The notes: generated by a model not told the origin, from the sequence alone. 64,000 bases of DNA from an uncultured Acidimicrobiia bacterium (GCA_963720675.1 CAVRGH010000007.1:64605-128604), one strand, 5' to 3'; counted from the stretch's first letter, positions 48,166 through 56,528 are shown. Numbers and translations are program-made.

Positions 48166-49125
48166 TCAGTAGGCGTCGAGGATGTCGACGACGAAGACGA
48201 GGGTGTCGGTGCCCTTGATCTTCGGGGGCGAGCCCGCAGTGCCGTAGCCCTTGTCGGGCGGCACGACCAGCAACACCTGCGACCCGACGGTCTGGCCGAC
48301 GAGGCCCTCGTCCCACCCGGCGATGACTTGTTGGGTCCCGATCCCGAAGTCGATCGGCTGCCCGCGGTCCCACGACGAGTCGAACTTCTTCCCCGTGTCC
48401 CAGATCACGCCGGTGTACTGGACGGTGACGGTCTGCCCGGCCTCCACCACCGCACCGGTGCCGGTGATCAGCGGCTGCACGACGAGCTGCGTCGGCGCGT
48501 CGGTCTTCGGCACCTTGATGGCGGGCTTCCCGTTCTTGGCGAGCGTGACCGTCGGGAGACCCGCGACGGGCGGGACCGCAGTACCGGTCGCCTTGGCGAT
48601 CGGGACCCGCACGCCGGTCACATCGACGACGAAGAGGATCGTGTCGCCCTTCTTCGCGGGGCCACCTTGCTGCTCGAGCTTCGCTGCGATCCCCTCGCTC
48701 GGAGCGATCGCGACCAACGTGCGGCTACCGACGGTCGCACCGATGAGTCCCTGGACCAGCCCGGTGACGGCCTTGCTCTTGTCGAGGGTGATCGTCGCCG
48801 GCGCTTTGTCGAACGACGTCTCGATCTGCTCCCCCGTGCGCCCGTCGACGGCGAGGTAGTTGAAGGTGATCTTGTCGCCCTTGCCGAGCTTGTCACCCGT
48901 TCCCTCGAGGACCTGCTTGCTGGTGCTCTTCTTCACCTTGAACGGCTGGTCGAACTCGAGCGTCGGCGGCTGACCGACCACTCCGGTGACGGTGACCTTC
49001 GACAACGGATCGGGCGCGGCGCCCGCCGGCACCATCGTTCCGACCGACACGATCGAGATCGCGATCATCACCAGGACGGCACCGAGACGCTTCACGCTGA
49101 GCCTTTCGAACGGGGAAGTGCGCAC
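48166..49125 (-). CDS. secreted FKBP-type peptidyl-prolyl isomerase (two FKBP-like modules)
   Basis: This is a 319-aa ORF with a signal or anchor (VKRLGAVLVMIAISIVSVGTMVPAGAA). The C-terminal canonical FKBP block is VQYTGVIWDTGKKFDSSWDRGQPIDFGIGTQQVIAGWDEGLVG. Confidence 0.85.
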   Translation of the reverse strand: MRTSPFERLSVKRLGAVLVMIAISIVSVGTMVPAGAAPDPLSKVTVTGVVGQPPTLEFDQPFKVKKSTSKQVLEGTGDKLGKGDKITFNYLAVDGRTGEQIETSFDKAPATITLDKSKAVTGLVQGLIGATVGSRTLVAIAPSEGIAAKLEQQGGPAKKGDTILFVVDVTGVRVPIAKATGTAVPPVAGLPTVTLAKNGKPAIKVPKTDAPTQLVVQPLITGTGAVVEAGQTVTVQYTGVIWDTGKKFDSSWDRGQPIDFGIGTQQVIAGWDEGLVGQTVGSQVLLVVPPDKGYGTAGSPPKIKGTDTLVFVVDILDAY

Positions 49126-49232
49126 CCGCGAGGGCGCGGAGAGCAGCAGGACGGGCTCGTCAGGCTACCGACACGGGCCACGAATGCGACCGCGGGTCCC
49201 CAGCGTCCACCCAGGCACCGCTCGGGCGTTGC

Positions 49233-50021
49233 TCAGTCTTCGAGCGGCAACCCGGGAGCGCGCAGCCCACCCCCGGCATAGACCGTCTCCCCCGAGATGT
49301 AGCTCGACGCCCCGGACGCGAAGAAGACGATGGGCCACGCGATCTCCTCGGGGTCGCCGGCGCGTCCGGTCGCGCTCGCGGCACCACCGACGGCATCGGG
49401 ATCCCGACCGATCTTCGCCATGGCGCGCACGAAGCCCTCGCTCTTGATCGCGCCCACACGTACACAGTTCACGCGGATCCCGCTCGGGGTCAGCGCGGCA
49501 GCGAAGCTCTTCGTGAGGTTCTCGACGCCCGCCTTCGCTGCGCCGTAGGGCGCAACGTCGGGGAGACCCTGCGCAGCTGCACCCGACGACACGTTCACGA
49601 TCGCACCCGAGCCCCGCTCCTGCATGTGCGGCGCCACCCGGTGCGACAAGACGAAGACGCTGCGCAGGTTCAGATCGAGCATGTTCTGGTAGTAGTCGGG
49701 TGTCCACGCCTCGAAGGGGTGGTTGTGGCTCCCACCGGCGTTGTTCACGAGCACATCGATGCGGCCCATCTCGGCGAGTGCCGCGTCGATCAGCGCCTCG
49801 CACTCCTCGACGACGCGCACGTCGGTCTGCGCCACCATCGCCTTCCGGCCGAACCCTTGCACCTCAGCCGCGACCGACTCGAGGTTCTCGACCTTGCGAC
49901 TCGCGAGGACGACGTCGGCACCGAGCTCGGCGAAGAGCAGGGCCGTCGCCCGCCCGATGCCGGTCCCCCCGCCGGTGATCACCGCGACCCGTCCGGTCTG
50001 GTCGAAGACGTCTGCCAGCAT
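49233..50021 (-). CDS. short-chain dehydrogenase/reductase (SDR)
   Basis: This is an intact 262-aa ORF with ITGGGTGIG, NNAG and YGAAKAG motifs. It lies 57 nt downstream of, and co-oriented with, the heliorhodopsin gene. Confidence 0.85.
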   Translation of the reverse strand: MLADVFDQTGRVAVITGGGTGIGRATALLFAELGADVVLASRKVENLESVAAEVQGFGRKAMVAQTDVRVVEECEALIDAALAEMGRIDVLVNNAGGSHNHPFEAWTPDYYQNMLDLNLRSVFVLSHRVAPHMQERGSGAIVNVSSGAAAQGLPDVAPYGAAKAGVENLTKSFAAALTPSGIRVNCVRVGAIKSEGFVRAMAKIGRDPDAVGGAASATGRAGDPEEIAWPIVFFASGASSYISGETVYAGGGLRAPGLPLED

Positions 50022-50078
50022 CGTGCTCCCCCTCGGCTCGTGCCGGATCCTGGCACGGCGAGCAGCCAGCGCGCCCGC

Positions 50079-50843
50079 TCAGGTCCGCAACACGTTTGCG
50101 AAGATCAGCCAGGCGAGCAGGGACTTCGCGGTGAGGCTCAACAGGATGTAGGTGGTCTCACCGGCGACGTAGTCACGCCAACGTCCGACCTGGCGATACT
50201 GCAACACCATGTTCACCGCGAAGCTGAAGAAGAGGACGAGCTCGACGATCGTGATCGCGTAGACGAACCCGGGTGGTGCAGCGGGTCCCGCGAGGAGGTA
50301 GATCGAGATCGCGATCCACGGGACGACCCCAGCGAACGAGCCGAACCAGAACGCGCTCCAGTCGGTGTTCCCCGGCTCCTGCTGCCGTTCCATGAGCAGG
50401 CCGAACAGGATCATCGCGGTGTTCACGCCGAAGATGGCAATCAGCGCGGCGATGTCGCGGATCCCGACGAACATCGCGATGAGCACGATCATGATCGACG
50501 CACTCACGGAGTACTCGATCCACCGTGCGTAGTTGGTGCGCCGGTCGAGGCACGACTCGTACCAACGATGGACGCGCGGTGCGGCGACGACGAGGTGGTC
50601 GATCGCGGCGAGGGCGAGGAAGAGCGCCACGGCCGGGCCGATGGCGATCGTGAAGAGCTCCTCGGCCGGCGCCGCACCCAACGCCTTCACCGGGTCGTTG
50701 CGCAGGTACGAAGCGAAGACCGGCAGCGCGAGTCCGTTGCTGAGCGCCAACATCGCGAGCGCTTCGACGCCCAGGATCGCCCCGACCACCAGGTTGAACA
50801 CGCGGAGCTTTCGGTAGGTCGCGACACGGTCGGTGTCCGGCAT
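50079..50843 (-). CDS. heliorhodopsin
   Basis: ATG 50843 (AGGAGG RBS) lies inside track ORF 50079..50978. The 254-aa 7-TM protein has blocks matching heliorhodopsin 48C12 as I recall it. These include RWIEYSVSASIMIVLIA (counter-ion Glu), FWFGSFAGVVPWI and PGFVYAI...FFSFAVNMVLQY. The block ILLSLTAKSLLAW carries the retinal Schiff-base Lys. Confidence 0.85.
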   Translation of the reverse strand: MPDTDRVATYRKLRVFNLVVGAILGVEALAMLALSNGLALPVFASYLRNDPVKALGAAPAEELFTIAIGPAVALFLALAAIDHLVVAAPRVHRWYESCLDRRTNYARWIEYSVSASIMIVLIAMFVGIRDIAALIAIFGVNTAMILFGLLMERQQEPGNTDWSAFWFGSFAGVVPWIAISIYLLAGPAAPPGFVYAITIVELVLFFSFAVNMVLQYRQVGRWRDYVAGETTYILLSLTAKSLLAWLIFANVLRT

Positions 50844-50916
50844 GGTGCCTCCTGGGTCAGGAACCGCTCCTGACGGTCTACCCCGCCCTCCCCCGCCCGA
50901 CCCGGCCCCGCCCCGC

Positions 50917-50953
50917 TCGGAAATGGTCGGAAATGGTCGGGAATGGTCGGGAC
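50917..50953. promoter_or_regulatory. 10-bp direct repeat x3.5 (TCGGAAATGG TCGGAAATGG TCGGGAATGG TCGGGAC) in the heliorhodopsin/pirin divergent region
   Basis: This is read directly in the sequence. The period is one helical turn. It lies 74-110 nt upstream of the heliorhodopsin ATG and 56-92 nt upstream of the pirin ATG. Confidence 0.5.
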
Positions 50954-50961
50954 ACCCACGC

Positions 50962-50980
50962 AGTTGTTGCAGGTACAACT
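50962..50980. promoter_or_regulatory. palindrome AGTTGT-N7-ACAACT in the same divergent region
   Basis: This is a perfect 6-bp inverted repeat, relatively AT-rich, 29 nt upstream of pirin ATG 51009. Confidence 0.4.
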
Positions 50981-51008
50981 ACTGTGCGAACGTCCGAGGA
51001 GCACCGCC

Positions 51009-51965
51009 ATGCCTGCGATCACGGTCGACGACCCCACCACCCTGCCCCGGATCGGTCCCGCCGACGGGGTGATCCGCCCCGTCACCTCGATCACCCACGC
51101 CGTGCGCGAGCTCGAAGGCGCAGGCTTCCCCGTGTGGCGCGGCTTCCACGGGCTCGGCTTCGCCGACATCGACCCCTTCCTCCTCCTCGACGAGATGGGG
51201 CCGCTCGAGTGGGCACCCGACACCGCGAAGGGCGCGCCGTGGCATCCGCACCGCGGGTTCGAGACGGTCACGTACGTGCTCGACGGCGCAGTCGAGCACC
51301 ACGACACCGAAGGTGGCGGCGGCACCATCGGCGAGGGCGACACCCAGTGGATGACTGCCGGCCGAGGCCTGCTCCACGACGAGCTGCCGACGCAGGAGCT
51401 GTTCCGCAACGGCGGCCGCTCCCATGGTGTGCAGCTGTGGGTGAACCTCCCTGCCGCGGACAAGATGACCGAGCCGCGCTACCAGGCGATCGAGGGTGGC
51501 GACCTCACGCTGCTCGCGACCGACGACGGCGACGGCCTCGTCCGTCTGATCGCGGGACGACTCGGTGCCCACACCGGCCCGGGCGACACCCACACCCCCA
51601 TCACGCTCGCCCACGCGACGCTGCCCCCGGGCACCGAGCTCCGGACACCGTGGGATCCCGCCTACTCGGCGATGGCATACGTGCTGAGCGGGACCGGCAC
51701 CGTCGGCGTCGAGGCCCGCGAGATCCGTGAGCACCAGCTCGCCGCCTTCGGGACGGGCGACACCGTCGTCGTGCGCGCCACGCCCGACGCATCCGAACCC
51801 CTCGACGTCCTGCTCCTCGGCGGACAACCGCTGCGCGAGCCGGTCGCGCAGTACGGCCCGTTCGTCATGAACACCGAGGCCGAGATCCACGAGGCGATCC
51901 GGGACTTCCAGGAGGGGAAGATGGGCCGGCTCCCCGCGGACGACGGCGACGTGCGACGGGGCTGA
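51009..51965 (+). CDS. pirin family protein
   Basis: ATG 51009 (GAGGAG RBS) lies inside track ORF 50943..51965. It carries the bicupin metal motif HPHRGFETVTYVLDG plus the typical C-terminal YGPFVMNT. Confidence 0.9.
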   Translation: MPAITVDDPTTLPRIGPADGVIRPVTSITHAVRELEGAGFPVWRGFHGLGFADIDPFLLLDEMGPLEWAPDTAKGAPWHPHRGFETVTYVLDGAVEHHDTEGGGGTIGEGDTQWMTAGRGLLHDELPTQELFRNGGRSHGVQLWVNLPAADKMTEPRYQAIEGGDLTLLATDDGDGLVRLIAGRLGAHTGPGDTHTPITLAHATLPPGTELRTPWDPAYSAMAYVLSGTGTVGVEAREIREHQLAAFGTGDTVVVRATPDASEPLDVLLLGGQPLREPVAQYGPFVMNTEAEIHEAIRDFQEGKMGRLPADDGDVRRG

Positions 51966-52032
51966 CGAACGTGTGAGCGTCCACATCTTCGTCACACGTT
52001 CCTCGCGACCGCACGGTCGTACGGTCCGCCGC

Positions 52033-52802
52033 ATGACGAATCGCATCCGTTCCCAGAAGCCTACGAAGCTCCTCACCGCGCTCCTCGTGGCCGCGGCCGC
52101 GGCTCGCGGTCGACACCCGCAGTCGCGCCCGGCGCAGCCGGGGCGACCGCGGCCGGGCGCTACGACCCCGTCATCCGCCCCGCCGACTTCGGCGGGCCGA
52201 TCGACAATCCCTATCTGCCGCTGCTCCCCGGCACCCGCAGCGTCTACGCGGAGGACGGCCCGGACGGGACCCAGCAGATCGTCGTCGAGGTCACGCCGGT
52301 CACGAAGCAGATCCTCGGCATCACGTGTGTCGTGGTGCGCGACACCGCCACGCTCGACGGTGTGGTCGTCGAGGACACCGCCGACTGGTACGCGCAGGAC
52401 CGTCACGGCAACGTCTGGTACTTCGGTGAAGCCACGACGGAGTACGAGGACGGGCAACCGGCGAGCACGGTCGGATCCTGGGAGGCCGGGGTCGACGGTG
52501 CGAAGGCCGGGATCGTGATGCTGGCGAAGCCGGCGGTCGGGCGGGGCTACCGACAGGAGTTCCTCCGGGGCGTCGCCGAAGACCGGGCGCGCGTCCTGCA
52601 GGTCGACGCGACGGCCACCGTCCCGGTCGGTCGGTTCGACCAGGTGGTGCGCACGCGAGACTTCACCGCGCTCGACCCGAAGCGCGTCGAGGAGAAGTAC
52701 TACGCCCGCGGCATCGGATCGGTGCTCGAGGTCCTGGTCAAGGGAGGGAGCGAGCGCGCGGAGCTCGTCGAGTTCACTGCACCCCCACCAACGCAGCCTT
52801 GA
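52033..52802 (+). pseudogene. secreted conserved hypothetical protein; apparent -1 frame change near 52100
   Basis: ATG 52033 gives the signal-like MTNRIRSQKPTKLLTALLVAAAAA. Coding-like sequence (AAGRYDPVIRPADFGGPIDNPYLPLLPGTRSVYAEDGPDGTQQIVVEV...) runs in another frame. That frame has no start codon before 52332. Confidence 0.55.
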
Positions 52803-52812
52803 CGGTCGACGC

Positions 52813-54090
52813 CTACTCCTGGGCGCCCGACGCCACCTGAGTCCCGCAGCCGGAGATCTCGATGCCGGGCTCCGCGCTCGGGGTGACCGACCCGACGTCG
52901 TCGCCGGCGAAGCGAGCAGCCATCCAGTCGATCATGTCGGGCGAGGACACCGAGATCACACCGGCGTGGGACGCGCCGGGGTAGATCCACCGCTCGAGCC
53001 CCTGGCCGATGCCACACAGGTGGTCGGCGAGGAGCTTCGTCGAGGCCACCGGGATCTGCTCGTCCTCCCCACCCTGGATGATGAGCAGTGGCGTGGCGGT
53101 CGGTTGGCTGAACGACTGCGGGTCGTTCTCGGTGAACAGCTTCGCCCAGGCCGGCGACGCGAACGGGTCGCCGGTCGTGAGGGTCGCGATGTCGGCGGTC
53201 CCGTACTTGTCGGACAGATCGCCCGAGCAGCCCTTGTCGAGATCCGCGGTCGCGGTGATCCCCGCCGGCGTGAGCACCTGGTCGAGGGGTGCGACGGTGT
53301 CGCCGTAGGCCTCGTTGAGCCCTCCGGCGGCCATCAAGAGGTAGTAGCGGAACGGACTCGTCTTCAAGAAGTTGTACAAGAGGTTGAACTGCGACGGCGG
53401 CGCGCCCGCGACCACGCCCTGGATCTTCAGGTCGGGTGCGTAGTCCTCGGCGAAGTGGTGCGCGAACATCGCGGAGTGCCCACCTTGTGAGTGACCCCAG
53501 ACCAGGTACTGCTCGCTCGCGTGTGCCGACTTCAGCTCACGCGCCGCTCGGACGCTGTCGATCGTGTCGCGCGCGGCCGACTCTCCGGCGATGTACGGGA
53601 GGATGCCGGGCGTGCCCTCACCCCGGTAGTCCGTCGACGTGATGATCCAGCCCTGGTCCAGGAGGAGGTTCGCCAGCTTCGCGTTGCCGGCGGGCTTCAG
53701 GGAGGGCGCGCACTGGTCCGCCATGCCGTTCGTGCCGTGGGCCCACGCGACCACCGGGAACCCGCCCTTGGGTGCCGAGCCGTCGGGCACGGCGATCGTG
53801 CCGGTCACCGCGACCGGCTTGTCGCCGACGAGGGTGCTCGAGAGGTACATGACGCGGTACACGGTCCCGTGCACCGCGGGGGCCTTCACCTTCTGCGACT
53901 TCAGCAGTGTGCCGGGCTCGCCCTGCAGCGGCTGGGGCACCGAGTAGAACGCGGGGAGCCCGTCGGGGGCGGGCAGCACCTTGGCTGCACTCGTGCTCGC
54001 GCCGGCCCCGGCGGCCAGGCCGCTCACGACGAGTCCCAGGGCGCCAAGGAGCGCGATCGCACTCCGACGACGGTACGGACGCTGGTGCAT
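52813..54090 (-). CDS. secretory lipase (LIP-family alpha/beta hydrolase)
   Basis: ATG 54090 lies inside track ORF 52813..54594. A signal peptide (MHQRPYRRRSAIALLGALGLVVSGLAAGAGA), the nucleophile elbow WGHSQGG and the overall LIP-like layout are present. Confidence 0.75.
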   Translation of the reverse strand: MHQRPYRRRSAIALLGALGLVVSGLAAGAGASTSAAKVLPAPDGLPAFYSVPQPLQGEPGTLLKSQKVKAPAVHGTVYRVMYLSSTLVGDKPVAVTGTIAVPDGSAPKGGFPVVAWAHGTNGMADQCAPSLKPAGNAKLANLLLDQGWIITSTDYRGEGTPGILPYIAGESAARDTIDSVRAARELKSAHASEQYLVWGHSQGGHSAMFAHHFAEDYAPDLKIQGVVAGAPPSQFNLLYNFLKTSPFRYYLLMAAGGLNEAYGDTVAPLDQVLTPAGITATADLDKGCSGDLSDKYGTADIATLTTGDPFASPAWAKLFTENDPQSFSQPTATPLLIIQGGEDEQIPVASTKLLADHLCGIGQGLERWIYPGASHAGVISVSSPDMIDWMAARFAGDDVGSVTPSAEPGIEISGCGTQVASGAQE

Positions 54091-54292
54091 GCGGACTCCC
54101 CCCGGCCGCAGGACGGGAGCTCCCGGCCTGCCGGCGCCCAGCGTAGGCCCCAGCGTCGCACCCCCGTCCGCGCCGGAGCCCTTGTTATCCTCGGCCGGAA
54201 TCCGAGCGGTGCGGAGCCACTCGACGAGGCGGAGGGGTCGAGCGGTCTTGGGTCGAGGGTTGGGTCGATGGTCGAGCCGTCCGATTCGAGGG

Positions 54293-55270
54293 GTGCGGAT
54301 CGCCGCTGCCGCGTTCGCCGCGATCGCGCTCGTCGCGCTGACCGCGGGCGTCGGCCTCGCGGCACCGGGTGACCCCTCGTCCGAGCCGACCGAGCCCCCC
54401 ACCGGCGCGGCGCCGGCTTCCGAGCCGGCTCCGAGCGCCACGGACGTCACGGCGCAGGCCGGCCCGGTGGCGTACACCATCATCTTCAGCGACGGCTGCA
54501 AGCTCGCGACCGTCGGCCTCACCGACGGCGTCGTCACCGCGGTGGGCGCGAACTTCGAGTCGCTCGCGTGCGTCGCCGATCTGACCTTCGGCAACGACGG
54601 CAGCCTCTACGGGATCATCGGTGGCGACCCGCCCCTGCGTGCGCATCTCGTGCGCTTCGACCTCACGACCGGTGCACCGAGCGACCTGGGTCCGATCACC
54701 GGGAGCTTCACCACCAGCCAGACGTTCGGCACGAGCGACGTCGGCATCGCGACCGGGAACGGTGGGCGCATCCTCGTGACGATGGCCACCGACGAGACCC
54801 CCGCGTGCGGGTCGGTGCTGTGTGTCTACGACGTCGACCCGGCATCACTCGCCGGCACCCTCGTCGGGCCGCTCGGCCCGCCGGCGGGCCCGTTCGACGA
54901 CAAGCCGACGCTCACGCTCACCGCCGACTGCGGCACGACCGCGTGGACCGTCGTCTCGCGCAACGAGACCGTGCAACAGCTGTTCCTCACGACGATCAGC
55001 CAGTCGAGCGGCACCGCCGCCGACGGGCCGGAGATCGGGCTGACGTCGGGCGCGAACCCCTACGGCGTCGAGCTCGACCGGGGCACGCGCATCCTCTATC
55101 TCCTCGCCAGCGACGTGCAGAGCCCCGAAGCCCTGTACACGCTGGACCCGGCCAGCGGCGCGACCACGCCGATCGCCCCGATCTCCGGCGACTCGCAGAC
55201 GATCGAGCGCCTCGCGATCCCCGGCTCCTGCCCGGTGGCCATCGCCGCCGAACCCACCTTCACCGGCTGA
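54293..55270 (+). CDS. secreted Cys-rich D-x-x-T-G repeat protein P3 ending EPTFTG (intact)
   Basis: GTG 54293 lies inside track ORF 53981..55270 and gives (M)RIAAAAFAAIALVALTAGVGLAAPG. Repeats include LVRFDLTTGAPSDLGP, VYDVDPASLAGTLVGP and LYTLDPASGATTPIAP. It is a paralogue of P1/P2. Confidence 0.75.
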   Translation: MRIAAAAFAAIALVALTAGVGLAAPGDPSSEPTEPPTGAAPASEPAPSATDVTAQAGPVAYTIIFSDGCKLATVGLTDGVVTAVGANFESLACVADLTFGNDGSLYGIIGGDPPLRAHLVRFDLTTGAPSDLGPITGSFTTSQTFGTSDVGIATGNGGRILVTMATDETPACGSVLCVYDVDPASLAGTLVGPLGPPAGPFDDKPTLTLTADCGTTAWTVVSRNETVQQLFLTTISQSSGTAADGPEIGLTSGANPYGVELDRGTRILYLLASDVQSPEALYTLDPASGATTPIAPISGDSQTIERLAIPGSCPVAIAAEPTFTG

Positions 55271-55282
55271 GCGGCCCTCCGA

Positions 55283-55340
55283 GGCGTTTTTTGGCGTCGG
55301 CATTGGGTGCCTGAGACACCGCTGCCGACGCCAAAACGCC
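55283..55340 (+). terminator. long imperfect hairpin (GGCGTTTTTTGGCGTCGGCA ... TGCCGACGCCAAAACGCC) after P3
   Basis: An 18-bp stem with a 2-nt T bulge flanks a 20-nt loop that itself contains GGTG-N7-CACC. It starts 13 nt after the P3 stop. Confidence 0.5.
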
Positions 55341-55439
55341 GGAAGGGGTTCAACCCGGGGCATCGTCCGGTCGATATCCCCCTCGTGGGCTTCACCGGAC
55401 TCGGCACCTGGGCATGGCGCGCGCTCGGCCTCGCGCTCG

Positions 55440-56528
55440 GTGCTGGCCCTGGCGACGGGAGGGACCCTCGCCGCCCCGGCCGGCGCCCAGGGCACACCGG
55501 CCGACGCCAACGCCCGGGCAGTCCAAGTGGCGATCGCGCTCACCCAGGCCAACGCCCGGCTCGCCGAGATCGACCGGGAAGCCGTCGATGCCGCCGCCCG
55601 CCTGGCCGCCGCCGACGCGGCGCTCCAGACCGCTACCGAGGCCTTCACCACCGCACAGGCCGACCTCCAGGTCGCCCTCGACCGGCTGCTCGGCCGGGCC
55701 GCGCGCTCGTACCAGCTCGGCGGCGCGCCGATGGACCCGATCCTGAACATCGACCACCTCGCGGCGCTCGCCACGGTCACCCAGTACTCCGAGGCCGCGG
55801 CCCGGGTCGGCAACGAGGAGGTCGCCCGGCTCCGGAGCGACGTCCTCAAGCGCAGCGCCGAGCGCGACGTCGCCGCGACGGAACAGCAAGCCGCTTCGGC
55901 CCACGCCACGGAGCTGGCCGACGAGCGTGCCGCCCTCGCCGCGCGCGCCCAGGACCTCGGTGCCACGCTCGCGGACCTCGGCGGCGTCCCGATCTCCGGC
56001 GAGTCGGCACTCACACCGGAGCAGATGACCGCGTTCTACCTGCAGAGCGGCCAGCACGCGAACCTTCCGCCCGGCACTGCGATCGGCGATCTGACGCGCA
56101 TGTACGTCGAAGAGGGCGCGGCCGAGCGCGTGCGCGGCGACCTCGCGTTCGCGCAGTCGATGCTCGAGACCGGTTCGTTCGGCGAGACGCGGGGCAACAA
56201 CTACTCCGGGATCGGCAACTGCGACTCCTGCGGCGGGCAGGGCCTGGTCTTCGCGTCGCCGCAAGAGGGCATCCGTGCGCAGATCCAGCTCCTGCGCAGC
56301 TATGCGGACCCCGACAGCCGCGCGGCGAACCTGGCGAACCCGCCGGTGCCCGCGCTCTTCGGCCTGGACCCGGCGTCGGCCGCGGCGAGCTATGACGGGT
56401 TCTTCCTGAAGGGGAAGGTCCCGCTGTGGAACGACATGGGGAACGGGAACTGGGCCACCAGCCCCACCTACGCCGCGAACGTGCTGGGCGTGTACGCCAA
56501 GATGCTCGACTTCGCGCATACGCACTGA
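55440..56528 (+). CDS. secreted peptidoglycan hydrolase (coiled-coil N-terminal part plus glucosaminidase-like domain); start uncertain
   Basis: This is a 362-aa track ORF starting at GTG. The Ala/Gln-rich region looks coiled-coil-like. The C-terminal blocks are AFAQSMLETGSFG and NNYSGIG. An ATG at 55414 encoding MARARPRAR lies in another frame, so a -1 frame change supplying a basic n-region is possible. Confidence 0.7.
   Translation: MLALATGGTLAAPAGAQGTPADANARAVQVAIALTQANARLAEIDREAVDAAARLAAADAALQTATEAFTTAQADLQVALDRLLGRAARSYQLGGAPMDPILNIDHLAALATVTQYSEAAARVGNEEVARLRSDVLKRSAERDVAATEQQAASAHATELADERAALAARAQDLGATLADLGGVPISGESALTPEQMTAFYLQSGQHANLPPGTAIGDLTRMYVEEGAAERVRGDLAFAQSMLETGSFGETRGNNYSGIGNCDSCGGQGLVFASPQEGIRAQIQLLRSYADPDSRAANLANPPVPALFGLDPASAAASYDGFFLKGKVPLWNDMGNGNWATSPTYAANVLGVYAKMLDFAHTH

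Noticed and set aside
50917-50953. The 10-bp tandem repeats considered as a CRISPR array or minisatellite.
   Set aside because: The units are contiguous with no spacers, total only 37 nt, and there are no cas genes. They are better explained as a phased protein-binding array.
55380-55400. VGFTG encoded just upstream of the peptidoglycan hydrolase, and other internal FTG strings (YVFTGPG at about 9420, PQFTGQ in the amidohydrolase).
   Set aside because: They are internal or non-coding-frame occurrences without the preceding A-V-x-L-x-P context and are not at a C terminus. I treat them as chance matches.
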